64,000 nt of DNA from Candidatus Firestoneibacteriota bacterium (GTDB lineage: Bacteria > Oederibacteriota > D2-FULL-39-29 > JBBTED01), in assembly GCA_038042445.1 (NCBI GenBank), contig JBBTED010000021.1, positions 890 through 64,889 on the forward strand, written 5' to 3'. The translations under genes were made by a program, and so were the position numbers. Under the pieces are notes generated by a model. The model had not been told where the DNA came from, made no database searches, and saw only the letters and a program-made list of their open reading frames with translations. Positions 30,274 to 40,972 of this stretch are shown here, one piece after another (position 1 is the stretch's first letter; the number at the start of each line of letters is the position of its first letter).

Positions 30274-31425
30274 CTATAATTGTATTAATTTTTTCTTTAA
30301 TTCGCTTATAGCTTTTACTATAATATTGACTGCATTTTTTACATCATTTTCATCTGTGAATCTGCCTGTTGAAATCCTTATTGTTCCTATTGCCCAGTCT
30401 TCTGGCACATTCATTGCTTTTAATACATAAGATATTTCGCTTTTGCCTGAATGACAGGCCGCACCTGCAGAAACAGCCAGATAATCTTCTGTTTTTTTAA
30501 TAAGTTCGTTGGCTCTTATTCCCTTAAAACTTAAACTTAAAGTATTCGGCAACCTTTTATCAAGATGACCATTAAGGCGAACATCTTCTATTATGTTTTT
30601 GATTCCAATGAAAATCTTATCCCTCAGGTTTTTTAATTTTTGCATATTTGTTTTAATATCATTGACAGCAATTTCACAAGCCACACCAAGACCTGCTATC
30701 TCAATGACATTTTCGGTCCCGGCTCTTTTTCCCTGCTCCTGCCCTGCACCATGCATAAATTTTTCTAATTCTATTCCTTTTTTTATAAAAAGCACACCTA
30801 TCCCTTTCGGAGCATACAGTTTATGTCCTGCTATTGACAACAAATCAACGCCGAGTTTTTTAACATCCGTAGGAATTTTTCCTGCGGACTGTGCAGCATC
30901 CGTATGAAAAATAATACTATGCTTTTTTGTAATTTTTGAAATCTCTTCAACAGGCTGAATAGTCCCAACTTCATTATTTGCATGCATCACTGAAACTAAA
31001 ATTGTTTCTGGAGTAATTGCTTTCTCAAGAATTTTTATATTAAGCATACCATAGTTATCAACAGGCAAATAAGTTATCTTAAAATTAAATTTTTCTAAAT
31101 ATTTACACACTTCCAACACTGCAGGATGTTCAATTTGAGTTGTTATGATATGATTACCTTTATTTTTTCTTGAAAAAGCAATCCCTTTTATTGCAAAGTT
31201 ATTTGACTCGGACCCGCCACTCGTAAACACTATTTCTTCCGGAGAACAATTCAATAGTTCTGCCACCTGCTCCCTTGCGTTTTTTACTGCTTCTTTTGGT
31301 TTCTTACCAGCCCAGTGACTACTAGAGGGATTCCCAAAATATTCATACATATATTTCTGCATCTTTTTTATAACCTCAGGATGCAAAGGTGTCGTAGCAT
31401 TATAGTCTAAATATATTCTTCTCAT
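30274..31425 (-). CDS. Cysteine desulfurase (NifS/IscS family)
   Basis: YLDYNATTP, FTSGGSES, HTDAAQ, AGHK, RAGTEN, GAACHS; start set at MRRIYLD. Confidence 0.92.
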   Translation of the reverse strand: MRRIYLDYNATTPLHPEVIKKMQKYMYEYFGNPSSSHWAGKKPKEAVKNAREQVAELLNCSPEEIVFTSGGSESNNFAIKGIAFSRKNKGNHIITTQIEHPAVLEVCKYLEKFNFKITYLPVDNYGMLNIKILEKAITPETILVSVMHANNEVGTIQPVEEISKITKKHSIIFHTDAAQSAGKIPTDVKKLGVDLLSIAGHKLYAPKGIGVLFIKKGIELEKFMHGAGQEQGKRAGTENVIEIAGLGVACEIAVNDIKTNMQKLKNLRDKIFIGIKNIIEDVRLNGHLDKRLPNTLSLSFKGIRANELIKKTEDYLAVSAGAACHSGKSEISYVLKAMNVPEDWAIGTIRISTGRFTDENDVKNAVNIIVKAISELKKKLIQL

Positions 31426-31548
31426 AATTTTTTGTTTATGGTCTGCAACCAAAGGAAATGGTGTAACCGTATTCTTCCACCAGACCATAATTTCTTAACT
31501 ATGGTTTGCATTAGCAAGGCTAAAGCCTTGCCCTACATAAAACCATAG
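31423..31548. repeat. TTATG/CATAA hairpin element (copy C) plus a unit enclosing a GTAG REP
   Basis: 31423-31491 matches copies A and B; ctatggttt...gcaaggctaaagccttgccctac...aaaccatag follows. Confidence 0.85.
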
Positions 31549-31573
31549 AGATTGTTGAACAACCTTTATCCTA

Positions 31574-31762
31574 TCACTTTTCCTTTTCAACTCTATTTTT
31601 TTCAATTGCTCCTATAGGACAATAACTTATACAAGTGTTACAGTGTTTGCATTTTTCCTGGTCAATAGTAAAATCTCCATCTATAACTATAAGAGCATTA
31701 TTCAAACAAGCAAAAATACATTCCTCACATTTATTGCATTTATTTACATCAATCCATGGCAT
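31574..31762 (-). CDS. 2x[4Fe-4S] ferredoxin
   Basis: CNKCEECIFAC and CKHCNTCISYCP. Confidence 0.9.
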   Translation of the reverse strand: MPWIDVNKCNKCEECIFACLNNALIVIDGDFTIDQEKCKHCNTCISYCPIGAIEKNRVEKEK

Positions 31763-31773
31763 TTTTAAAATTG

Positions 31774-32094
31774 TCAAAATGTCAAAACTTTGTCACTTTC
31801 TTTAACTAATTGATACAAGTCTTTCAAAGTTGACAAAGGACATAATTCAGTTCCGTTTTTTTGTCTTAATTTCAAACAGGTTCCACAAGCGAGAATTTTA
31901 CCGTTATTATTTATAAAATCCTGTGCCAATTTTAAAATATTATACTTATCATTGGACAAAGCTTCATATTCAACACCTTTTGCCAAAAGAAATATTTTTA
32001 CCTCATCCTTTTCAACCAAAGATAAATTAGCAAGTCTAAAAGTATTTTACACCATTTCTGCATCACTTGAATAAATAATAATTCCAAGTTTCAT
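31774..32094 (-). pseudogene. DsrE-family protein with in-frame TAA at codon 16
   Basis: AGGAGG SD, MKLGIIIYSSDAEMV*NTFRLA...ILACGTCLKLR...CPLSTL. Confidence 0.75.
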
Positions 32095-32120
32095 ACCTTA
32101 CCACCTCCTTTAAATATTTT

Positions 32121-32438
32121 CTATTTTATCCCACTTAAAAGCTTATTCTTCTGCTCTATGTTTTTAATCAATACTTCCCGCATCAAATCACATGCTTTTG
32201 TAATTTTAACATCACTTAATTTATAAAATACTCTCGTCCCTTCTCTCCTGGAGATAACAACACCTTTTTGTATTAGGCTTGCCATATGCTGTGAAAGATT
32301 AGCTTTGCTTATCTTTATTTTTTTTAGTATTTCTGACGCCTGAAGTTCTTTATCCCTAAGAACATTTATTATTTCCAGCCTTTTGGGATTTGCAAATGTC
32401 TTACAGATATCTGCATGTAATTTAAATATATCATCCAT
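32121..32438 (-). CDS. ArsR/SmtB regulator
   Basis: ANPKRLEII, NLSQHM, RREG..VFYKL. Confidence 0.92.
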   Translation of the reverse strand: MDDIFKLHADICKTFANPKRLEIINVLRDKELQASEILKKIKISKANLSQHMASLIQKGVVISRREGTRVFYKLSDVKITKACDLMREVLIKNIEQKNKLLSGIK

Positions 32439-32497
32439 TTCATACCTCCATATAATATATATTGTTTAGCTATATCATAGTTCATTAACTTGTTAAC

Positions 32498-32525
32498 ATT
32501 GTAACAAATGTTTATTATTTGTCAA
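32498..32525 (-). promoter_or_regulatory. Sigma70 promoter of arsR-like operon
   Basis: TTGACA-N16-TACAAT. Confidence 0.5.
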
Positions 32526-32564
32526 GATGATTTTAGTAAAATAGTGAAAAATAGTGTGTTTCGG

Positions 32565-33743
32565 TTATTCAATGTTTTTTAATCGCAGTGCATCGTGGAG
32601 CAAAGAATTGCCGTCGCATTTATAACAATGGTTTTGTGTGCCGGAAGGGATTTTAGATGCAGAAACAATATCAGCAGCTTCTAATATTGTTTGGGTAAAC
32701 CATTTAGATGTCGGCGCCCTATGACCTTCTAATTTCGAACCGGGATTAGGTGACCAGACAAAAGGAACAACATTTGCACCAATATTTGAAAGCTCTTTAA
32801 CACCTTCTAAAAATGTATTTTTGGATTCAAGTCCCATAACAAAAACTCCATATACATTTCCAGCTCCAAAAATTTTAACTGCCAAACTTATTGAATTAAC
32901 AAATGCATCATGACTCATACTTTTATATTTTCCGGGACAAATTGCCTGATACAACTTTTCATCCCAGATTTCCATACTAAAGCCAATTGCCTGAATTCCT
33001 GTATCAAAATATTGTTTTATTTCATCACTGTTTTTTGCAGGCGATGGCAAAATTGTTCCGGGAATACGATTTTTCCCTGTCCAATACCTGATAGATTTTA
33101 AAATTCCTGAAACAAGCTCTATTTCTTTTTCATGATTAAAACAACCTCCAGTAAGCAACAGGTGTTTAACACTACCTTCAGAAAAAGCTTCTTTTGCTAC
33201 TTCACCAATATCTTCAGTTTCTTTCTTCTTTAATACTGAATTATATGTTTTTGAAGTTGAGACAAGATTACAAAAAAGACATTCTTCTTTTTTTGAAAAA
33301 TGACTGCAATAATTTTGATAACAAAAAAACAAGCAGTCCTGTCCACCTACCTGCCCTACTTTTACCATTTTATTGTGATTGGTTGTTTCTAAATCATAAA
33401 ATTTTGGCCGTGGTATCCATTTTACCTTACAAATTGCTTCTTCTGATTTATATAAAACCAACTTATTATTTTCTAAAACAACTTTATAAGGAGAAAGATT
33501 ATTATTCCTAAACTGAACAGTTGTATCATCAGGCAAAAGAAAATCATCCGGCAAACTCATTCCAACATGATCTTGAAAATCCCAGCCAAAAAGCCCGTGA
33601 TTTTGTTCTTTGAATTTACTTCTGACATCTTTTAAGGCTTCTTTGGTCGTATTAATTCCCTCAACAAGTAATTCAGCTTTAAGTTCAAGAAATTTGTATT
33701 TTGGATTATTAACAGACTCTTTCGATAAATTAGAATAACTAAT
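32565..33743 (-). CDS. Radical SAM protein with CX8CX2C motif; frame open 61 codons upstream of first ATG
   Basis: CSHFSKKEECLFC, LLTGG, SMEIWD..ICPGK, VMGLE; open to ATT at 33743. Confidence 0.75.
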   Translation of the reverse strand: MSYSNLSKESVNNPKYKFLELKAELLVEGINTTKEALKDVRSKFKEQNHGLFGWDFQDHVGMSLPDDFLLPDDTTVQFRNNNLSPYKVVLENNKLVLYKSEEAICKVKWIPRPKFYDLETTNHNKMVKVGQVGGQDCLFFCYQNYCSHFSKKEECLFCNLVSTSKTYNSVLKKKETEDIGEVAKEAFSEGSVKHLLLTGGCFNHEKEIELVSGILKSIRYWTGKNRIPGTILPSPAKNSDEIKQYFDTGIQAIGFSMEIWDEKLYQAICPGKYKSMSHDAFVNSISLAVKIFGAGNVYGVFVMGLESKNTFLEGVKELSNIGANVVPFVWSPNPGSKLEGHRAPTSKWFTQTILEAADIVSASKIPSGTQNHCYKCDGNSLLHDALRLKNIE

Positions 33744-34344
33744 TTATTCCTTCATTACTAACAAGAAATATACCTGTTAAAGCAATTAGATTATGGAATA
33801 TCCTTATTTTTCTTTTCTTATTGATAAAAACCGCTCTCTCTATTCTTATGTTTCTTGTATAACAATATTCTGCAAAATCCAGGATACTTAAAAAATGAAG
33901 ATTCGGTGTATCAAACCATTTATACGGTAACGAAGGCATAACAGGAGTTTTTCCTCTAAAAAATATCTGCATACGACCTCTGTAATATGCAAAATTTGGA
34001 AATCCTATTATAACTTTCTTTCCTACACGCAAAGCGTCTTTTAAAACTACTTCTATATGACTAATCTGCTGCAAACTCTGGTTTAAAATAACATAATCAA
34101 AAGATTTATCAGAATATTCCGCAAGCCCTGAATCAATATCTCCATGCAAAACATTAAGACCTTTGGCAATACACTCATAAATTGCATTATCATCAATTTC
34201 TATTCCCTGTCCGGAAACTTTTTTCTCCTTAATCAAAAGAGAAAGCAAATCTCCGTTCCCACATCCAAGGTCCAAAACAGATACATTTGGCATAATCATA
34301 TCCAGTATAACTCTGTGATCTAATCGTATTAATTTATAATCCAT
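33739..34344 (-). CDS. metW: Methionine biosynthesis protein MetW
   Basis: VLDLGCGNG, FDYVILNQSLQ, FPNF, WFDTPNLH; follows metX. Confidence 0.92.
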   Translation of the reverse strand: MDYKLIRLDHRVILDMIMPNVSVLDLGCGNGDLLSLLIKEKKVSGQGIEIDDNAIYECIAKGLNVLHGDIDSGLAEYSDKSFDYVILNQSLQQISHIEVVLKDALRVGKKVIIGFPNFAYYRGRMQIFFRGKTPVMPSLPYKWFDTPNLHFLSILDFAEYCYTRNIRIERAVFINKKRKIRIFHNLIALTGIFLVSNEGIN

Positions 34345-34348
34345 AGTT

Positions 34349-35494
34349 TCACATCACCTGAGAAGAATAAACATTTTTTAAAAAATGAGTCATAAGGCGT
34401 TTTTCTTCTTCTGTTTCAAGAAGAAATGCATCATGCCCATAATTTGAGTTTATCTCGCAATAACTTGATTCTAAACCCGCCAGCTTACAAGCCTTGATAA
34501 TTTCTTTTGATTGATATGGCGGATACAACCAGTCAGATTTAAAAGCAATTACTAACGCCTTAAAATCTGCTCCTTTTAGAACTTCATAAAACGGCTTTCC
34601 ATTACCAGCATCAAAATTATCTATTGCCTCTGTAATATAGAGATACGAATTGGCATCAAAACGTTTGACAAAATTTTCACCGTGATAATGAAGATAACCT
34701 TCCACTTCAAAATCAGCTGTAAATTTAAAAGCTTCCCTAGATTTTTTTCTTTGCCTACCGAACTTCTGCATCATTGAAATATCACTCATATAAGTAATAT
34801 GTCCTATCATACGTGCAAGAGCAAGCCCTTTTGCCGGCAAAGGCCCACCATAATAATTCCCGTTTTTCCAATGCCCATCAGCAATAATCGCCTGTCTTCC
34901 AACTTCGTTAAATGCAATTTGCTGAGGCGAATGTTTCATAGTGGTTGCAATAGGAATTGCGCTCCTAATTCTTTCAGGATATCGTGACATCCATGCAAGC
35001 ACCTGCATTCCACCCATTGAAGCACCAACAACACATAACAATTTTTCTATTCCAAGATACTCAATCAACGATTTCTGACATTGAATCATATCAAAAATAG
35101 AAATCAAAGGAAAATTTAAAGCATACGGTTTTTTAGTTTTTGGATTTATACTTGAGGGACCAGTAGAACCTTTACAACCACCTAACACATTTGAACATAT
35201 AATAAAATATTTATCTATATCAAATGCTTTTTCAGGACCAATCATTTCATCCCACCATCCAGGCTTTTTATCCGAATGATGAAACCCTGCAACATGAGCA
35301 TCTCCAGAAAGAGCATGCAGAATAAGTATGGCATTGGATTTATCCTCATTCAATACACCATATGTCTCATAAGCAAGTACCACTGGCCCTAATGTATCAC
35401 CGCTTTCCAAAGTAAAATCTTTACCTTTGTTAAGAACTACCTGCTGAGTTACAACCTCACCTATACTATTATATTTGTCAATTGCAGTTTTCAT
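34349..35494 (-). CDS. metX: Homoserine O-acetyltransferase
   Basis: HALSGD, GASMGGMQ, RFDANSY, GHDAFL. Confidence 0.95.
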   Translation of the reverse strand: MKTAIDKYNSIGEVVTQQVVLNKGKDFTLESGDTLGPVVLAYETYGVLNEDKSNAILILHALSGDAHVAGFHHSDKKPGWWDEMIGPEKAFDIDKYFIICSNVLGGCKGSTGPSSINPKTKKPYALNFPLISIFDMIQCQKSLIEYLGIEKLLCVVGASMGGMQVLAWMSRYPERIRSAIPIATTMKHSPQQIAFNEVGRQAIIADGHWKNGNYYGGPLPAKGLALARMIGHITYMSDISMMQKFGRQRKKSREAFKFTADFEVEGYLHYHGENFVKRFDANSYLYITEAIDNFDAGNGKPFYEVLKGADFKALVIAFKSDWLYPPYQSKEIIKACKLAGLESSYCEINSNYGHDAFLLETEEEKRLMTHFLKNVYSSQVM

Positions 35495-35496
35495 TT

Positions 35497-36420
35497 TTAT
35501 TTAAATAACCACGTAGAAAGATAACGTTCACCACTATCAGGTAAAACAACAACAATTGTTTTTCCCTGGTTCTCTTTTCTCTTAGCCACTTCCAAAGCAG
35601 CCCAACAAGCTGCACCACTGGAAATTCCTACTAATAAACCTTCAAGTTGTGCCAATTTTCTAGCTGTAATTCCTGCATCTACATCTTTAACCCGAATAAT
35701 CTCATCAATAATCTGACGATTTAATACACGTGGCAAAAACCCAGCTCCGATTCCCTGAATTTTATGCGGACCCGGTGTTCCACCAGACAAAACAGGTGAT
35801 GAATCAGGTTCTACGGCAATTGCCTTAAAATCCTTTTTCTTCTTCTTAATTACTTCAGCAACCCCAGTAATTGTACCACCTGTTCCCACACCGGAAACCA
35901 AAATGTCTACTTTTCCATCAGTATCATTCCATATCTCTTCTGCTGTGGTACGCCGATGAATTTCAGAATTAGCAGGATTATCAAACTGCTGTAACAACAC
36001 TCCATTAGGAGTTGAATGTGCCAATTCCTCAGCTTTTTTTACTGCACCAGTCATACCTTCACTTCCAGGAGTAAGCACCAATTCTGCACCAAAAATTACA
36101 AGCAGCTGCCTACGTTCAATACTCATAGTCTCAGGCATAGTGAGAATCAAGCGATACCCTTTTGCTGCAGCAACAAATGCTAATGCAATCCCGGTATTCC
36201 CACTGGTCGGCTCAATAATTACTGAATCCTTGTGAAGCACACCTCTTTTTTCTGCATCCTCAATCATTGCAACTCCTATCCTATCCTTTACACTTGACAA
36301 TGGATTAAATGACTCCATTTTTGCCAGAACTGTCGCATAAGTACCTTCAATAATACGTTTCAATTTTATCAAAGGTGTATTCCCAATAGTTTTAGTTATG
36401 TCTTCATATATCTTACTCAT
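35497..36420 (-). CDS. cysK: Cysteine synthase A
   Basis: [31 protein letters not shown]. Confidence 0.96.
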   Translation of the reverse strand: MSKIYEDITKTIGNTPLIKLKRIIEGTYATVLAKMESFNPLSSVKDRIGVAMIEDAEKRGVLHKDSVIIEPTSGNTGIALAFVAAAKGYRLILTMPETMSIERRQLLVIFGAELVLTPGSEGMTGAVKKAEELAHSTPNGVLLQQFDNPANSEIHRRTTAEEIWNDTDGKVDILVSGVGTGGTITGVAEVIKKKKKDFKAIAVEPDSSPVLSGGTPGPHKIQGIGAGFLPRVLNRQIIDEIIRVKDVDAGITARKLAQLEGLLVGISSGAACWAALEVAKRKENQGKTIVVVLPDSGERYLSTWLFK

Positions 36421-36429
36421 AGTTCCTCC

Positions 36430-37788
<1,359 letters not shown>

Positions 37789-37818
37789 CTACAGCTTTTT
37801 ATACTAATCTATAGTAAT

Positions 37819-37865
37819 TCTATCAATTTAGTAGAAAATATACCCCAAAACACAAATTCTGTCAA
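37819..37865 (-). promoter_or_regulatory. Sigma70 promoter plus candidate Rrf2 operator for metY operon
   Basis: TTGACA(37865-37860)-N17-TATATT(37842-37837); tctatcaatttagtaga at 37819-37835. Confidence 0.6.
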
Positions 37866-37896
37866 ACTTTTTTATTTGTGAATTTTAGGGATTTTT

Positions 37897-37949
37897 GTAG
37901 CAGGCGAATTACTATTCGCCTTTTGGTTGGATAGTAATCCAACCGCTAC
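37897..37949. repeat. GTAG-type REP doublet
   Basis: gtagcaggcgaat..attcgcct ... ggttggat..atccaaccgctac. Confidence 0.65.
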
Positions 37950-38021
37950 ATTTTTTAAATATATTTTTATGATGGTATTATTAGCAATTAGGCATTCGCA
38001 AAATATTAGGATTTTGCAAAA

Positions 38022-38098
38022 TGGCGGGGCCGACGAGACTCGAACTCGCGACCTTCTGCGTGACAGGCAGACGTGCTAACCAACTGCACCACGGCCCC
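38022..38098 (-). tRNA. tRNA-Asp(GTC)
   Basis: GGGGCCG acceptor, anticodon arm tctgc-ctGTCac-gcaga, TTCGA, encoded CCA. Confidence 0.97.
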
Positions 38099-38109
38099 GA
38101 TTTTTAGGA

Positions 38110-38138
38110 ATTATAGCAATATTGATTATTTTTTGCAA
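38110..38138 (-). promoter_or_regulatory. Promoter of tRNA-Asp
   Basis: TTGCAA-N17-TATAAT with extended TG. Confidence 0.65.
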
Positions 38139-39754
38139 CCACAGAATAATTTTTGGTAAAATAATTTTTTCCCATTACGGCTTTTATATTCTTTCCACCA
38201 TATTGGAATTAATTCTTTTTCCATTTTGCTACGTGATTCTTTTCCAAGTGGTTCCTTCTCTACAACAGCATCAATTTCTTTTTCTAACTGTTTTACAATA
38301 TTTTTGTCCCACTTCTTTATAAATGATGGCCAGTGCCTTATTGACCAATCAGGAGTAATATCATAACCAATTTCTTTAATTGTTTTATGTTTTGAATTAA
38401 ATGAAACAATTTTGCCATTTTTTATAGTTCCTTTAAGCCCCCATTTGCTTTCATACGATAAAGCTAAATTTCGTAAACGTAAAAGAATACTGCTATTTTT
38501 TTTATCATCTGATTTGAGCAAATCTTTTAATTCATTAGGATCATCTTCTAAATTATATAATTCCTCTATAGCACCTTGAAACCAATAAATATATTTCCAT
38601 TTCTTATCACGCATCATAATCCATCTGTCACGACCTTCACCCCATTCTGCATATTCTACATTGCGATCACGTTTTTTGGATGGCCCCAAAAGTGATTCCC
38701 CAGGAAATTCTTTAATTGAATATTGTTTTGCTATTTGTTCAATATCAATATTTGCAGTATCCAATACAGTAGGTAAAATATCATTTAAATCAACAAAATC
38801 TTTGCATATTGTGTTTTTCTTTATAAACCCAGGATAACGAACAATAAATGGAATACGAACTGAAGTATCATACGGTAATTGTTTTGTCCTTAAACCTAAA
38901 TCTCCAAGCATTTCCCCATGGTCACTTGTATAAATTATAAGTGTATCATTTGAAAGATTACATCTGTCAAGTGTTTCAAGTATTACTCCTACATTTTTAT
39001 CCACCTGGCTTATTGCTGCAAAATATAATTCACGAAAACGTCTGTGTTCAGGTTTTTCTTTTCCATTCAAACCTCGAACTTCCGGAAGTTTTGCACCTTT
39101 ATACAAATTAGCAAAACTATCAGAGACATTTGCTGGTGGATGTGGAGCAATCCAACTTGCCCATAAAAACCATGGTCTGTCTTTGTTGCTTTCAATAAAA
39201 TTACTTGACTCTCTTCCTACCCAAGTTGAACCATGATGTTTTTCATCCAACAAACTACGTTGTGGTAATTGGTAACCTATATGCCGAACACCATGAATAT
39301 GAAGCAAGTGTCCTAATCCAACTGACTTAAGATATTGCAAATAATCATCTTCTTCTATATGACCTGGATATCCTGATGTTTCTCCTGGAATTTCTTCCAT
39401 CAATTTCATCACATCAAAACCGTGATGCGCACGCACAGGATTAAAATGCATCTTGCCTATTGCAGCAGTATAAAATCCATGCTCAGTTAAAATTCGCGGA
39501 AGTGTTGGAAGAAAAGGTGAAAGAAAACGTTTAACATTTGATGGCAAATTATGGTAACGAGCAGAAAGCCCTGTAAGAATATTATGTCTGGCAGAAATAC
39601 ATACAGGATTTGGGGTATGTGCATGCGTGTAGGTGCATCCTTCTTTTGCTAATCTGTCAAGCGAAGGTGTCAACATATAGGGTGCATTTACGCACCCTAT
39701 AGTATCATACCTTTGCTGGTCTGCAGTAAGTAAAAGAATATTTGGTTTCTTCAC
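38126..39754 (-). CDS. Sulfatase (Cys-type)
   Basis: PNILLLTADQ, PVCISAR, GKMH, PHPP, TSDHG, ELYNL. Confidence 0.9.
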   Translation of the reverse strand: MKKPNILLLTADQQRYDTIGCVNAPYMLTPSLDRLAKEGCTYTHAHTPNPVCISARHNILTGLSARYHNLPSNVKRFLSPFLPTLPRILTEHGFYTAAIGKMHFNPVRAHHGFDVMKLMEEIPGETSGYPGHIEEDDYLQYLKSVGLGHLLHIHGVRHIGYQLPQRSLLDEKHHGSTWVGRESSNFIESNKDRPWFLWASWIAPHPPANVSDSFANLYKGAKLPEVRGLNGKEKPEHRRFRELYFAAISQVDKNVGVILETLDRCNLSNDTLIIYTSDHGEMLGDLGLRTKQLPYDTSVRIPFIVRYPGFIKKNTICKDFVDLNDILPTVLDTANIDIEQIAKQYSIKEFPGESLLGPSKKRDRNVEYAEWGEGRDRWIMMRDKKWKYIYWFQGAIEELYNLEDDPNELKDLLKSDDKKNSSILLRLRNLALSYESKWGLKGTIKNGKIVSFNSKHKTIKEIGYDITPDWSIRHWPSFIKKWDKNIVKQLEKEIDAVVEKEPLGKESRSKMEKELIPIWWKEYKSRNGKKLFYQKLFCGCKK

Positions 39755-39757
39755 TAT

Positions 39758-40816
39758 TTATTTCCACAAAAATCCAATTTTAAGAGATTTATCCGGATTG
39801 TGCAAATTCAACTGATACCCTTTTTGAACATCTTTCACAGGCAAAATATGAGTAATCATTGGTCTAACAACTAACTGTTTATTTACCATCTGCTGAAAAA
39901 CCTGGTCAATATGATGTGGAGTTGCTCCACAAGAACTACTCATACTTAAATTTTTGCCAAAAAGTGTCTTTTGCACTATCATAGCATAAGGCTCTAAATA
40001 AGCACCCTGTAAATGAACACGGCCATCATTACCAGCAATATCAACACATAAATCTATATTTTGGACTTCACCTGAACATTCAATTACAACATCTGCACCA
40101 CTACCACCAGTATAAGATGCAACAATTTCTTTTATATCATACTTGCTTGCATTAACTGCACTCCTTATTCCACATTTTCTTGCAATCTCACAACGCAATT
40201 CATGCAAATCAAATGCTATTACTCTCGCACCAAGACTCTGGCAAAATTGAGCTGCACAATTTCCAATTACTCCTAATCCTATTATCACAACTTTATCATC
40301 TCTCTTCACTCCAACTCTTTGCACGCCGTGATACGCTACTCCACCTAAAACTCCAAAAATTCCATCTTTTTCATCTAAACTATTTGGTACTCTTGCCACT
40401 CTACGACCAGCACAAAACTCTTCGCTATACCAAAGTGGTGATGCACTACTTCTATTATATACTGCATATTCTACTGCCCCACCCCATCCAGAACAATATG
40501 ACTTTGGATAACTATCTGGCAAAAGATTAAATCCAACTGCCAAATCACCTTCTTTAATATGTGTAATTTTTTTACCTACAAATATTGCTCTACCTACTGG
40601 CTCATATCCTGTAATAAGTGGAAAACTATATTCAGGCCCATGAAAATTACCGGTATACATATCAGTTTCGGTCCCTCTTGAAAGCCCTGAAATTTTTGCT
40701 TGTATAACTACTGTCTCATCATCAACTTCAGGACAAGATATATTACTTATAAGCTCTGCTTTTTCCTTTGCAGTAAATACAATTGCTCTTGTTTTAAATT
40801 TAGGATGCTTTCCCAT
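39758..40816 (-). CDS. MDR-superfamily dehydrogenase (BchC-like, apparently lacking Zn ligands)
   Basis: SGLSRGTE, GYE, IIGLGVIG, GADVVIECSG. Confidence 0.8.
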   Translation of the reverse strand: MGKHPKFKTRAIVFTAKEKAELISNISCPEVDDETVVIQAKISGLSRGTETDMYTGNFHGPEYSFPLITGYEPVGRAIFVGKKITHIKEGDLAVGFNLLPDSYPKSYCSGWGGAVEYAVYNRSSASPLWYSEEFCAGRRVARVPNSLDEKDGIFGVLGGVAYHGVQRVGVKRDDKVVIIGLGVIGNCAAQFCQSLGARVIAFDLHELRCEIARKCGIRSAVNASKYDIKEIVASYTGGSGADVVIECSGEVQNIDLCVDIAGNDGRVHLQGAYLEPYAMIVQKTLFGKNLSMSSSCGATPHHIDQVFQQMVNKQLVVRPMITHILPVKDVQKGYQLNLHNPDKSLKIGFLWK

Positions 40817-40867
40817 ATATGTGTTCCTCCTTTTAGTTATTCTCAGTAAATAATTCTTAAAATAGTT

Positions 40868-40922
40868 GTAGCTGCAAAGCGTTAGCTTTGCTTGTATTTG
40901 CAGAGCTTCGCTCTGCCGCTAC
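40868..40922. repeat. GTAG-type REP doublet
   Basis: Near-identical to 9706-9760. Confidence 0.8.
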
Positions 40923-40972
40923 AAAAACAACAATTTAAATACATTTATAACTGCTGACCTGTTTGTTACCTT

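Noticed and set aside
672-31548. Hairpin repeats as a CRISPR array
   Set aside because: Copies are dispersed or at most two in tandem, with no regular repeat-spacer period and no cas genes
32047-32049. Stop-codon recoding (Sec/Pyl or alternative code) in dsrE
   Set aside because: The codon is TAA, which ends many genes here; a nonsense mutation or sequencing error is simpler
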